Of a DNA stretch of 64,000 bases, positions 50,867 through 60,915 are shown piece by piece. A model generated the notes under the pieces. The model was given only the letters and a program-made list of their open reading frames with translations. It made no database searches and was not told where the DNA came from. Position numbers and translations under genes: made by a program. How positions within the stretch are numbered: the stretch's first letter is position 1; each line of letters starts with the position of its first letter. Source of the stretch: Candidatus Latescibacterota bacterium (GTDB lineage: Bacteria; Latescibacterota; UBA2968; UBA8231); assembly GCA_965203175.1 (NCBI GenBank), contig OZ241867.1:4064001-4128000 (forward strand). Direction: 5' to 3'.

Positions 50867-52375
50867 ATGCCGGATTTGAACCTGTACTGGGGCGAGTTGC
50901 ACAACCACAACGAACTCGGCTATGCCCAGGGCAGTCTCGAGCGCAGCTACGAGATCGCCCGCTCCCACCTCGACTTCTACGCTTTCACCCCGCACGGGCT
51001 ACACGCCGACGGCGGTGTGCCGGACGGCTATCCCGTGGTGGTCGCCAATTGGGAGCGGATCCGCCGGGCTGCCAGCGAAAACAACCAGCCGGGCGAGTTT
51101 ACCTGTTTTCCAGCCTACGAGTGGCACTCTTCGGCTTGGGGGCACCTGCACGTGCTCAGCGCCGAGGATATGGAGTCGATGTACTGTGCGCGGAATCTCG
51201 CTGATTTGCAGGACCACTTCAGGAATAGACAGGCCATCTTGGTGCCCCATCACACGGCCTACGAGCGCGGGGTGGACTGGGAGGGCTTTGACGAGGCACT
51301 GTCGCCGGTGGTGGAAATTTTCTCCGAGCACGGCTCGTCGGAGCGCGACAGTGGCCTCTATCCCATGCTGGGGCACAGCGGCGGTCCGGCTGGATATCAA
51401 TACACCGTGCAACATGGCTTGGCTCTGGGCAAGCGGTTTGGCCTTGTGGCCGGCACTGATAACCACGACGGCTATCCTGGGGGTTACGGGTTAGGACTGA
51501 CGGGGATTTGGGCCGAGGAGAATAGCCGCGCTGCGCTCTTTGACGCCTTGCAGAAGCGGCGCACCACAGCCGTCACCGGAGATCGGATCGAGGTGTGTTT
51601 TCGCGCTGGGGAGGCTTGGATGGGCGAGGTGGTGAGTGGGCCAGCGGAGTGCAGGCTGGACTATCGGGTCGAGGGTTGGGACGCGCTCAAAAGCGTGGAA
51701 GTCGTGCGCGACAATTTTCCGGTGCACATAGAGGTGCCAGACTACAGCACGCCGCGGGCAACACAGCCGCAGCCCTATCGCCTGCGCTTTGAGTGGGGCT
51801 GGGGGCCGATGAAGGGATACCAAGTTTACGACTGGCAGGGGCGACTGCAGGTCGAAGGGGGACGGCTTTTGCAGGTCGTGCCCTGCTTTAGCTCCGATCC
51901 CTTTGACGAGGTGCGGCGCAAGCGCGTCCTCGAATGGGATGAGAGGCGGTGTGCTTGGCAGTCCCACACTTCGCGCGGTTCTGTCTTTACCACGCGCAAT
52001 GGTTCCACAGCGCCAAGGGCCAACGACGCCCTGTGCGTGGAGGTGGAGGGGACACAAGAGACGCGGGTCGAACTTGAATTCGACTGCCGCACCAGCAAGA
52101 GCCTGTTGGCCACGGCTACCGACTGGTCGCTCACGGGCAAACTCGGCGGTTCCCGGACCTGCTTCAGCATCGGCGAGCTTTTGCAGGGACGCCAGGGCTG
52201 GCGCGTGGATGGGCTACCCACTTGGGTCGTGGCCCACCGGGCCTTGCCCGAGGTGCTCTACGCCCTAAAGGGTCACTTTATCGACCGGAGCGAGATGCCG
52301 ACCTATTACTATCTGCGCGTCACCCAAGAAAACGGCCAGTTGGCTTGGAGCAGTCCCATCTGGTTTGAGGAATGA
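50867..52375 (+). CDS. PHP-fold metallohydrolase (DUF3604/CehA-McbA-like)
   Basis: WGELHNH, DFYAFTPH, AYEW, GHLHV, PHH, VEIFSEHG, GTDNHDG.PG, YYYLRVTQ..G.LAWSSPIW. Confidence 0.75.
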   Translation: MPDLNLYWGELHNHNELGYAQGSLERSYEIARSHLDFYAFTPHGLHADGGVPDGYPVVVANWERIRRAASENNQPGEFTCFPAYEWHSSAWGHLHVLSAEDMESMYCARNLADLQDHFRNRQAILVPHHTAYERGVDWEGFDEALSPVVEIFSEHGSSERDSGLYPMLGHSGGPAGYQYTVQHGLALGKRFGLVAGTDNHDGYPGGYGLGLTGIWAEENSRAALFDALQKRRTTAVTGDRIEVCFRAGEAWMGEVVSGPAECRLDYRVEGWDALKSVEVVRDNFPVHIEVPDYSTPRATQPQPYRLRFEWGWGPMKGYQVYDWQGRLQVEGGRLLQVVPCFSSDPFDEVRRKRVLEWDERRCAWQSHTSRGSVFTTRNGSTAPRANDALCVEVEGTQETRVELEFDCRTSKSLLATATDWSLTGKLGGSRTCFSIGELLQGRQGWRVDGLPTWVVAHRALPEVLYALKGHFIDRSEMPTYYYLRVTQENGQLAWSSPIWFEE

Positions 52376-52392
52376 CGAGAACGGAGCGTTCT

Positions 52393-53550
52393 ATGAAAAT
52401 TACCTCTATCGACGTCTTTTCCTGCGAGGGTGGCTGGCGCACGCTGAATTTTGTCAAGGTGGGGACAGACGAGGGCATTACCGGTTATGCGGAATGCAAT
52501 TGCGTCCGCTCGGAGGCCATTTTGCGAGCGGCGATCACCTATCTGGGGTCGCTGGTCATGGGCTGCAACCCGTTCCAGACCGAGAAAATCCAGTTCGATC
52601 TCTACCGGGCGACCCAGCGGCAGTTGGGCGGTGCGGCGCACCAGGCTATTTCGGCCATTGACGCGGCGTTGCTCGACATCAAAGGCAAGGCGCTCGGAGT
52701 ACCGGTTTACGAATTGTTCGGTGGCGCATTCCAAACCCGGATTCGGACTTATTACACCCACTGCGGGCGGGCGGAGCCACAAAATCCAGAGGTGCCGCCC
52801 GTCAAAGCGCCTGCTGATATCCCAGCCTGTGCGGCCTATGTAAAGAGCTTGGGATTCCGCGACGTCAAAGTCAACTATCCGCTGACCCCGGAAGACCGCG
52901 GCGATATCACTCCGGGTACCCTTGGGAAGATCGTCGAGTGGATTGGCGCTTGGCAGGAGGCCCTAGGGCCGGAGTGCAGCATCGCGCTCGACGTGGCCTT
53001 TGCCTTCAAAATGGCGGGGATTTCCAAACTGGCCAAGGCGCTCGAGCCCTTCAATATGCTGTGGCTCGAAGCCGAAACCCTCGACCCGCAGGCGCTGAAG
53101 TCCGTCCGGGAATCGACATCGACGCCCATTTGCATTGGCGAGAGTTTGTACCGGACCCAGGGTTTTAAGCCCTATCTGGAGGAGCACGCGCTCGATATCA
53201 TCATGCCCGATACGGTGTGGAATGGCATCACCATGGGCAAAAAGGTGGCCGACTACGCCAATACCTATGATATCCTCTTTGCGCCGCACAACTCTCACGG
53301 CGTGCTAGGCGGATTGCAGGCCGCTCACCTGTGCGCCACTTGCGAGAATTTTAAGATCCTCGAGTACGAGCACGACGATGTGCCTTGGCGCAACGACATC
53401 GCGACCGATCCGATCGTCATTGAGGACGGCTGTATCGAGCTGTCGGACCGCCCGGGCTTTGGCTGCGATATTGTCGAAGAGCAAATCGCCGAGCATCCGC
53501 CCAAAACGGGGACTAGTACTCTCGCGATGGCTATGGGACAAACCAGATAA
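52393..53550 (+). CDS. Mandelate racemase/galactonate dehydratase-like enolase superfamily enzyme
   Basis: VKVGTDEGITG, AISAIDAALLDIKGK..GVPVY.L.GG, WLE, IGES, DIIMPD, APHN, PGFG. Confidence 0.88.
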   Translation: MKITSIDVFSCEGGWRTLNFVKVGTDEGITGYAECNCVRSEAILRAAITYLGSLVMGCNPFQTEKIQFDLYRATQRQLGGAAHQAISAIDAALLDIKGKALGVPVYELFGGAFQTRIRTYYTHCGRAEPQNPEVPPVKAPADIPACAAYVKSLGFRDVKVNYPLTPEDRGDITPGTLGKIVEWIGAWQEALGPECSIALDVAFAFKMAGISKLAKALEPFNMLWLEAETLDPQALKSVRESTSTPICIGESLYRTQGFKPYLEEHALDIIMPDTVWNGITMGKKVADYANTYDILFAPHNSHGVLGGLQAAHLCATCENFKILEYEHDDVPWRNDIATDPIVIEDGCIELSDRPGFGCDIVEEQIAEHPPKTGTSTLAMAMGQTR

Positions 53551-53562
53551 TTCTCTATAGAC

Positions 53563-55017
53563 CTAGAAGCTCGGGGCTGGCGCGTCTTCGGGCCGTCCGC
53601 CCGCTTGGCGAAATGCGTGGTATTCTCTTTCGAGTACGGTGCGTACCCGGTACTGGGGTTGGCTGTGGGTCTTGGACTGATAGGGCAAGTTGCCGAGCCA
53701 GTGCTCGGAGAGCAGGCCGCGCAGGTGGTGTTCGGCCTCCCGATATTGGGGATCGCCGGCTAGGTTTTTCAGCTCGTGGGGATCGGCCACCACATCGTAG
53801 AGTTCGGCCGAGCCATCGGCGTAGTGGGCGTACTTGTGCTCTTTGGTCAATACCATGATCCGCGTCTGAATCTCGCTGAAGACGGCGTCGCGGATGGAGC
53901 CGGTGGGATTGTCAAACAGCGGGGCGATGTCCTCGCCCTGCAGCGTAGGAGGCAATTCCGCATCGCAGGCTCGATAGAACAAAGGCACCAAGTCCAGAGT
54001 GCTGACTAGGGCCGGACTCCGCTGCCCGGCTGGCACGCCCGGCCCGCGCATAATCAGCGGTACGTGTACCATAGAATCGTAAAAGAAGCCCTTGTAGCTG
54101 AGGCCGTGATCGCCGAGAGCATCGCCGTGGTCGGAGGTGAAGATGATGAGGGTGTCGTCGAGGGTGCCAGCCGCCTCCAAGACTTGGAGCATCTTGCCAA
54201 TGCCCTCGTCGATGAGGGTGATATTGGCGTAGTAGTGCGCCCGCCAGCGCCGATACTGCTTGGGGGTGGCGAGCGAGGGGTCGATGCGGAACATGGAGTT
54301 GCCGAGCGAACTCTGGCTGTGGCGTTGGGCGGGAGGTTTGGTCGCCAGTTCCTCTGCGGAGCCGATGGGTTCGGGGATGGGAGCGTCGTAGTAGAGGGCG
54401 GCCATTTCTTCGGGGGGATCGTACGGGTCGTGCGGCCCGGCAAAACTCACCCATGCAGCGAACGGCTCGGCTCCGTGCCCCGCTAGCCAATCTGCGGCTT
54501 GGTCGCCAATGAAGCCATCGACGTGGAAGCGCTTGGGCCGAGGAGTGATCGGCGCACCTAGGCTCTCGAAATACTGGGGCAGAGTCACTGGATGGGGCCG
54601 GTCCAGTCCGTGGGCTTTGAGGAAGTGGACGTGGTCGTCGGGCAAGTACACGTGGCGCTTGTCCTCGGCGATAATGCGCTCGTCAAAGCCGCCCAAATCG
54701 TCCCAAGGACTGAAGTGCATCTTGCCGATGCCAGCGGTGCGTCGTCCCGTCGCCTCCAGTCGCGCTGGCCACGTTGGCACGGACGGGTGGAGCCAGCCGC
54801 CGTTGTCGATTACGCCGGTGGCCGAAGCGTACTGGCCGCTGAGGAAGGAGGCTCGGCAGGGCACGCAAACTGGAGAGGAGACGCTGCAGTTTTCAAAGAC
54901 CATGCCCTCTGCGGCCAAGCGATCGAGGGCGGGCGTCTGCATGAAGTCGAGGCCGTAGCACGGCAGGCTGTCCCAACGCTGTTGGTCCGTGGTGATGAAT
55001 AGTAAATTTCTGGCCAT
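53563..55017 (-). CDS. Sulfatase
   Basis: NLLFITTDQQR, CVPCRAS (CxPxR), GKMH, PHDPYD, TSDHGD..GDHG, ELYD..ADPHE. Confidence 0.92.
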   Translation of the reverse strand: MARNLLFITTDQQRWDSLPCYGLDFMQTPALDRLAAEGMVFENCSVSSPVCVPCRASFLSGQYASATGVIDNGGWLHPSVPTWPARLEATGRRTAGIGKMHFSPWDDLGGFDERIIAEDKRHVYLPDDHVHFLKAHGLDRPHPVTLPQYFESLGAPITPRPKRFHVDGFIGDQAADWLAGHGAEPFAAWVSFAGPHDPYDPPEEMAALYYDAPIPEPIGSAEELATKPPAQRHSQSSLGNSMFRIDPSLATPKQYRRWRAHYYANITLIDEGIGKMLQVLEAAGTLDDTLIIFTSDHGDALGDHGLSYKGFFYDSMVHVPLIMRGPGVPAGQRSPALVSTLDLVPLFYRACDAELPPTLQGEDIAPLFDNPTGSIRDAVFSEIQTRIMVLTKEHKYAHYADGSAELYDVVADPHELKNLAGDPQYREAEHHLRGLLSEHWLGNLPYQSKTHSQPQYRVRTVLEREYHAFRQAGGRPEDAPAPSF

Positions 55018-55065
55018 AAGTAGATTCCTTTGACTGACCTGCACAGGGTGGGAAAAGGCGAAGGG

Positions 55066-55094
55066 ATAATAGATTTGTCTAAATCGAGCGTCAA
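55066..55094 (-). promoter_or_regulatory. Sigma70-type promoter for the sulfatase
   Basis: TTGACG-17 nt-TATTAT about 48 nt upstream of ATG 55017; AAGGA SD present. Confidence 0.5.
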
Positions 55095-55104
55095 GTAAGT
55101 GCAG

Positions 55105-56046
55105 ATGCGTCTAGAATTTTGGCTAATTATCGGGTTGCTGGTGGCCTGCGATAGCGGCGAGAAACCGGCAGCGTCAGGGGACCGTGCCAGCATAAGTCGG
55201 GAGAGCGCCGAGGGGTTCCGGTTGTTGCAACAGGGCCGGACCGAGGAAGCGCTGACCCTGCTGCAGCGGGCTGCCGAGAAAGACTCGGCAAGCATGGAAG
55301 TCCACTACAATATGGGCGTGGCGCATACGCACCTGAAAGAGTACGCAAAAGCCATTGTGGCCTTTGCGCGCGCCGTGGAGCTGGGGCCGGAAAATCCAGA
55401 CGCGCATTTTGCCTTGGGGATTGCCTTGGGGGTTGAACACCGCCAGCGCGACGCAGCTAAACACTTTGCGCGGGCGGCGGTATTGGCACCAGACCGCGCC
55501 GCATACCATTTTCGTCTCGGAGAGGCCCGCCAAGCCCTAGGCGAGGTCGAGGGGGCACTCGCGGCGTTTGCCGCGGCAATCCGCGTGGATTCGACGCACG
55601 TGGACGCTCATTTCTTGCGCGCTGGTCTGCTGGCCTCAAGCAACCGGCCGGAGGAAGCCGAGCAAGGATATAGACGTGCGAGTGAGTTAGACAGCCGACG
55701 TGCGGACATCCTGTGGGAACTGGGTCAGGTCTATATGCAGAAGGGCCAATACCCGCAGGCCGCTGAAGTGCTGAGAAGCGCCCTTGAACTCGAACCGCGC
55801 AATACTCATGCGCTCTATCTGTTGAGCCAAGTGTATTTGCTCTGCGGCCAGCCGGACGAACGAGCGGAAGTCTTGCGCACCTTCCAGCGCCTGAGCGCGG
55901 CCCAGCGGCATTTCAAGCAAGGCGCGTTATACGCCGAACGCGGGGCCATAGACGAGGCGCGGAAGGCACTAAAAGAAGCCTTGGTGCTCGATCCAGACCA
56001 TGCCAAGGCTCAGGGAAAATTGGAACAGTTGGATAAAGAACGATGA
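55105..56046 (+). CDS. TPR repeat lipoprotein
   Basis: Lipobox LLVAC; about 8 TPR repeats (HYNMGVA, AHFALG, YHFRLG, LWELG). Confidence 0.88.
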   Translation: MRLEFWLIIGLLVACDSGEKPAASGDRASISRESAEGFRLLQQGRTEEALTLLQRAAEKDSASMEVHYNMGVAHTHLKEYAKAIVAFARAVELGPENPDAHFALGIALGVEHRQRDAAKHFARAAVLAPDRAAYHFRLGEARQALGEVEGALAAFAAAIRVDSTHVDAHFLRAGLLASSNRPEEAEQGYRRASELDSRRADILWELGQVYMQKGQYPQAAEVLRSALELEPRNTHALYLLSQVYLLCGQPDERAEVLRTFQRLSAAQRHFKQGALYAERGAIDEARKALKEALVLDPDHAKAQGKLEQLDKER

Positions 56047-57704
56047 AGGCGTGCATCTTGTTCGTTCTTTTGCTGGCTTGCTCACCTCCAGAAGAGCAGC
56101 CGCTTGACTCGGAGCCTATGGCGTCTGAACAGTCCCACTTTGTCGATGTGGCTGCGGATATGGGTCTGACGAAAGTCCACACGGGCGGCAGCGCAGAAAA
56201 AGGCTATATCGCAGAGGCCAAAGGAGGGGGTGCGGCTTGGTTGGACTTTGACGGCGACGGCGATTTGGATCTCTACTGGGTGAACGGAGCCGCGCTGGAC
56301 GATATACAAGGAGGCGGCAATGCTCTCTACCGCAACGATGGAGGAAGCGGTTTTGTCGATGTGGCCAATTCTTTAAACGCAGCGGGCCGGGGCTGGGGCA
56401 TGGGTGCTGTCAGCGCCGACTACGACAACGACGGGGATGCGGACCTCTACGTCACCAACCTGCGCGCGAATATATTCTACCGCAACGACGGCGATGCGGG
56501 TTTTGCCGAAGTGGGAGGCGAGGTCGGGGCGGCTGGAGCCGCTTGGAGCACGGGCGCGGCGTTTGGGGACTACGACCGGGACGGGGACGTCGATCTGTAC
56601 GTGGCCGGCTACGCCGAGTTCGAACCTGGGGAAATCCCGCGACTGGGCAGCCAGTGGAAAGGGGTCGATGTATTTGTCGGGCCGCTGGGGTTGGCACCGG
56701 AGGCCGACTCGTTCTACCGCAACGAGGACGGCTTCTTTGTGGAGGTCACCGAGGAGACCGGCTTGGCCCATCCAGAGCCGGGCTACGGTTTTGGGGTGCT
56801 CTTCGTCGATGTGGACGACGATGGGGATGTCGATCTGTACGTGGCCAATGACTCTACGCCCAATTTCCTGTGGCGCAACGAGGGGGATGGCACCTTCGCC
56901 GAGGTGGGGCTGCAAGCCCAAGTGGCGTATGGGGCGATGGGGCACTCACAGGCCGGCATGGGCGTGGCCTGGGGCGATTACGACGGGGACGGTCGGCTTG
57001 ATATTTTCTCGACGCACTTTGAGGACGACTACAATACCCTCTACCGCAACGAGGGTGAGGGCCTGTTCGCCGATGCGTCTGTCGCGGCGGGTCTGGGCAG
57101 GACCAGCTTTCACTTGGTGGGTTTTGGCACTGGATTTTTCGACCGCGACAACGACGGAGACCTAGACCTGCTGGTGGCCAACGGACACGTCTATCCGCAA
57201 ATAGAGCGCGCGGGCAGCGGCACTTCGTATGCCCAACCCAACCAGCTCCTCGACAATCGCGGCGGCCACTTCGAGTTGCTCTTGCCTAGCAACGGCGACA
57301 GCCTGGGTGCGGCCAAGGTGAGTCGGGGGAGCGCGATTGCCGACTACGACAACGACGGCGATCTGGACATTCTCGTCACCAATCTCGACGACCGACCGAC
57401 GCTCTTGCGCAACGATGTCGGGAATAGACAGAACTGGTTGGGGGTCGAGTTGGTCGGCAGGGAGAGCAATCGGGGTGGGATTGGTGCTCGCCTGCGCTTG
57501 GCAGCCGGCGGCAAAGTGCAAGTCCGCGATATTATCAGCGGCAGCAGTTTTCTCTCCAGCGAGGATCCGCGCGCCCATTTTGGTTTGGGCCGAACTGAGA
57601 CGGTGGACTCGCTATGGATGCGCTGGCCGAGCGGGGCCGTGCAGGTGTTGAAGAACTTGCGGATTAACCAGTATTTGGTCGTGGAAGAGGACGGGACTGA
57701 ATGA
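56043..57704 (+). CDS. CRTAC1-like FG-GAP repeat / ASPIC-UnbV lipoprotein
   Basis: Lipobox LLAC; repeated D[FY]D.DGD.DLY; C-terminal SNRGGIGA..., HFGLG, RWPSG. Confidence 0.9.
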   Translation: MKACILFVLLLACSPPEEQPLDSEPMASEQSHFVDVAADMGLTKVHTGGSAEKGYIAEAKGGGAAWLDFDGDGDLDLYWVNGAALDDIQGGGNALYRNDGGSGFVDVANSLNAAGRGWGMGAVSADYDNDGDADLYVTNLRANIFYRNDGDAGFAEVGGEVGAAGAAWSTGAAFGDYDRDGDVDLYVAGYAEFEPGEIPRLGSQWKGVDVFVGPLGLAPEADSFYRNEDGFFVEVTEETGLAHPEPGYGFGVLFVDVDDDGDVDLYVANDSTPNFLWRNEGDGTFAEVGLQAQVAYGAMGHSQAGMGVAWGDYDGDGRLDIFSTHFEDDYNTLYRNEGEGLFADASVAAGLGRTSFHLVGFGTGFFDRDNDGDLDLLVANGHVYPQIERAGSGTSYAQPNQLLDNRGGHFELLLPSNGDSLGAAKVSRGSAIADYDNDGDLDILVTNLDDRPTLLRNDVGNRQNWLGVELVGRESNRGGIGARLRLAAGGKVQVRDIISGSSFLSSEDPRAHFGLGRTETVDSLWMRWPSGAVQVLKNLRINQYLVVEEDGTE

Positions 57705-57713
57705 CGCTGAGCC

Positions 57714-58871
57714 TCAGACCGCGACTCCTTCGAGCCACGGCAAATCCACCTCAATGCCAAAGCCGGGCGCGGCACTGGGCACGAGATAGCCGTCTTGGAT
57801 GGCTGGCGTGCCGGGCAAGAGGACCATTTCGTGGAGCGGCACCCCAGGCGGCGACACGCTTTCCGAGCGCTCGCCCCAGACGATGGCGGGCATGGCAAAA
57901 GAAAGGTGCTGGCCGTAGGGGTGGTTCATGCCGCCGTGGGTGATTACCGAGACGCCTGCGGCCTCGGCGAGGTGGCAGATTTTGACCCCGGCCGTTATCC
58001 CTCCGACCCACAGCACGTCTGGTTGCAGAATATCGACGAAGCGGCCGTCGAGCGCTTGAGCAAAGGAGCGCGGCAAGTACCAGTGCTCGCCCGAGGCAAG
58101 GGTTTGCCAAGGGAGCCGTTGGCGCACTTGGGCGTAGCCGAGCCAATCGTCTGCGGGTAGGTAGTCTTCGATCCACTTCAGGCGATAGGGACGGAGCATT
58201 TCGGCGAGGCGGACTAGGTGTTCCACATCCTGCGACAGCCAGCAGTCGAGGCACAGCTCGATCTCATCGCCGATGAGCTGGCGCGTGGAGGCCACGAGTT
58301 CCTCGATTTTTTGGAGGCCGTCGAGGCCGTCGGCCGCGCCCCACGGGGTGAAGAGCTTGGTCGCCTTAAAGCCTAGCTCCATGTACCACTCCTGTTCAAA
58401 CCCAGAAGCGTAGCAGAAAATTTTGTCCTTTTGCGGGCCGCCGAGCAGTTCGTACACGGGTCTTTGCAGCAGCTTGCCCTTGAGGTCCCACAGCGCAGTA
58501 TCCACGGCGCTAATGGCGTAGCTGGCCAGCCCTTGGCCGCCAAAGGGCGCGGTGGAGCGGACCATGACGTCCCACAGCTTCTCCGTCGCCATGCAGTTTT
58601 CGCCGGTGAGCAGGGAGGCGAAGTGATCGTTGATGATGGGCAGCACGGGCGGCGAGTGGACGGTTAGCCCGAGGCCCCAAGTGCCGTCCTCAGCCGTGAC
58701 CACGCAGGCGATGCGGTGCCACGGTGGGGTGCCAGAGCGGTCGGCGCGGAAGCGGTCGTAGCGGTCGAGCGGCCGGTGTAGGGTATGATTGGGCCGTTGG
58801 GCGGGGCGCGGGGTTGTCTTCTGAGGGGGCGTGAGTGCGATTTGCGCGGCGCGGATTTCCTTGATTTTCAC
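57714..58871 (-). CDS. L-rhamnonate dehydratase-like enolase superfamily enzyme
   Basis: AISAVDTALWDLKGK, PVYELLGG, YASG, LDCW, KWIEDYL, GEH, LQPD..W.GG, PGFG. Confidence 0.82.
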   Translation of the reverse strand: MKIKEIRAAQIALTPPQKTTPRPAQRPNHTLHRPLDRYDRFRADRSGTPPWHRIACVVTAEDGTWGLGLTVHSPPVLPIINDHFASLLTGENCMATEKLWDVMVRSTAPFGGQGLASYAISAVDTALWDLKGKLLQRPVYELLGGPQKDKIFCYASGFEQEWYMELGFKATKLFTPWGAADGLDGLQKIEELVASTRQLIGDEIELCLDCWLSQDVEHLVRLAEMLRPYRLKWIEDYLPADDWLGYAQVRQRLPWQTLASGEHWYLPRSFAQALDGRFVDILQPDVLWVGGITAGVKICHLAEAAGVSVITHGGMNHPYGQHLSFAMPAIVWGERSESVSPPGVPLHEMVLLPGTPAIQDGYLVPSAAPGFGIEVDLPWLEGVAV

Positions 58872-58881
58872 GGGAGCCTGC

Positions 58882-60156
58882 TCAGGTGAGTTGGGAAAAG
58901 CGGTTGGGCGTGAAGAGGGTTTGTAGAGTTTGGGCGATGCCGGCGCGGGTTACTTGTCGGCCCGCATCGTGCAGGTCTTGGTATTTTTCGGTTAGGACGT
59001 TGGCGAGGATGTCGCGGAAGCGCTGCCACTTGGGGATGAGGTTTTCTAGCACGCGGGCGTCTGAGTTGAAGGGGATGAAGCGGTCGCCGGTCATCTCCAA
59101 GCGCATCCGCAGGTCCTGTTCGACCAAGCCCGGATGGTAGTTAAACCACCAGTGGCCAATGACCATGATGTTGTCGTTGTGGCAGGAGAGGACGCTGGCG
59201 TCGTATTGGTTGGCGTTGTGGAGCGGTGTGATGAAGAAGGCGTTGTCGGGATGGCGGCGCACTAACTGCTGGTAGGGATACATGTCGGCTAGGCCCACGC
59301 CGTCGCCGGCGTCGCGCCACTCGGGTTTGAGTTGGCGGATGGGGCCGGGCATCATGAAGAAGGGCAAGTTGAGTTCGCGCAGGGCTGGCAGCACGGAGTG
59401 GTGGAGGACGGCGCCTTCTAGTCCGCTGAGGTCGTGGACTTGGCAATGGGGCGGGAACGAGCACGCGCCGTACGCGACGCCGTGCAGCTTGTCGTACCAG
59501 TCGGCGAGGAAGCGGCGGATCGCACGGGCTGTGGCTGGCTGGCTGGGGTCGTTGCCAACTTCGTAGCCCCAGGCGTTGAGTTTCACTGCGGCGCGCGGGT
59601 AGTGCAAGACGAGTTCGTCGAGGCGGTAGCCGGATAGATAGCACTCGTCCCACTCGCCGCTTTCGTAATAGGCGCGCTCTTGGTCGTTGAACACGTCTTG
59701 GGTGCCGACGATGCGACGCACACCGGCCAACTCCATGCAGCGGCGTTGGATTTCTTCAGGGGCGGTGTCCGCGTAGAACTGGCGCGCTTCGTCGAGGGTC
59801 GCGGCGTTGGAGTCGAGGCCGAGGGCTTCTAGTGCGACGACCACGCCGCGACAACCTTCGTCGAATGGATCGGAAGCAGCGTCGGCGAAAAGCCTCTGCC
59901 AAGTAAAGTCGCCTTGCTGTTCTAAGCTCCAGGAGTAGAAAGTAGCCGGGTCGATGTGACCGGCGGCGAAGAGCTTGCGGCGCACGTAGTGATAGGCGAG
60001 TTGCTGGTCGATGCCGTACAGGCAGAGCTGGGGGCCAGCTTGGGGGCCGAGGAGATGGGTGTGCCAGTCGTCGACGATCAGCCGTTGGGCTGAGGTTTCT
60101 TCGGCGACGACGGCGGGGATTTGGTCGCGGAATAAGGGTAGAGTAGAGGTGCTCAT
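58882..60156 (-). CDS. Uronate (glucuronate) isomerase, amidohydrolase fold, divergent type
   Basis: DWHTHL, YHY, GHWWF, RLEM.G..F....SDARVLE; start at MSTST with GGAG SD. Confidence 0.72.
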   Translation of the reverse strand: MSTSTLPLFRDQIPAVVAEETSAQRLIVDDWHTHLLGPQAGPQLCLYGIDQQLAYHYVRRKLFAAGHIDPATFYSWSLEQQGDFTWQRLFADAASDPFDEGCRGVVVALEALGLDSNAATLDEARQFYADTAPEEIQRRCMELAGVRRIVGTQDVFNDQERAYYESGEWDECYLSGYRLDELVLHYPRAAVKLNAWGYEVGNDPSQPATARAIRRFLADWYDKLHGVAYGACSFPPHCQVHDLSGLEGAVLHHSVLPALRELNLPFFMMPGPIRQLKPEWRDAGDGVGLADMYPYQQLVRRHPDNAFFITPLHNANQYDASVLSCHNDNIMVIGHWWFNYHPGLVEQDLRMRLEMTGDRFIPFNSDARVLENLIPKWQRFRDILANVLTEKYQDLHDAGRQVTRAGIAQTLQTLFTPNRFSQLT

Positions 60157-60302
60157 GGCGGAGGCTCCTGTCGGGGTAAGGGCCATAAACAGTAGGCCAA
60201 GAGCCACGGGGAGTCAAAGTTGCTCTTGTGTGCCGATGGACCAAGAGCTTTCGCCGTTACTGCGTCGCTTGTTATTTTTTTAAAACAACAACGAGGTTTT
60301 AT

Positions 60303-60494
60303 ATGGCTACAACAGTTACTTTAGACTCGGGAATCGTCCAAGCCATCCAGCAGGCGACAGGGCAAAAAGACAAAGCCTCCGCAGTGCACATGGCATTAAA
60401 TGAATACCTGCGTTGGCAAAAGCTCCGCCAACTAGCCGATCTAGCCGGTACTGTTGAGCTACGCTATTCCAACGACGAGTTGGAGGCGATGTAA
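60303..60494 (+). CDS. VapB-like antitoxin (orphan)
   Basis: MATTVTLDSGIV..ATG..K..AV..AL.EYLR...L..LAG.V; GAGG SD; no downstream PIN toxin. Confidence 0.65.
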   Translation: MATTVTLDSGIVQAIQQATGQKDKASAVHMALNEYLRWQKLRQLADLAGTVELRYSNDELEAM

Positions 60495-60519
60495 AAGTCT
60501 GGTCTCCACGAATAGGTGT

Positions 60520-60864
60520 CTGTGAGATTCGTGGGCTTCTGGCTGCATTTGTCTCAGCACTGCTGAGACTTTTGGCGGACTAAGTACGGTCCGCTCGAAC
60601 AAGGCCCCTCGGAATTGGCGCTCCAATTCCCGTTTACTCCATTTTTCGCGGATCGCCGTTTTCAGGTAAAACTCGCGTTCTTCCGGGGTTTTACTCTGCG
60701 ATAGGATGATGAGGTTGTGCGTCCAGGGTAATTGTGGCACCAGTGGTGGCACTTTCTAATCGCCCCGATACGTCGCGTAAAATTGCCGCATCCGAAATAA
60801 GTTTCGCCGCGTAAATCCACGCAGCCCGGCCTGCGTGGATTTGAGGTACTTAGCCAGTTTAGAA
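60520..60864 (-). pseudogene. DUF1016/YhcG N-terminal fragment
   Basis: LAKYL..GLRGFTRRNLFRMRQFY..D*KV..QLPWTHNLIILS..EEREFYL..EKWSKRELERQ; in-frame TAG, no start, no nuclease domain. Confidence 0.8.
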
Positions 60865-60915
60865 TAAGAATTTTTCCTTTGCAATTTCAGGGCGAAGATA
60901 CAGGTTTAGGTCTTC

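Noticed and set aside
56240-57370. Repeated GACxACGACGGxGAx DNA motifs as a CRISPR or tandem repeat
   Set aside because: They are FG-GAP (DxDxDGDxD) coding repeats within the CRTAC1-like gene, degenerate and irregularly spaced.
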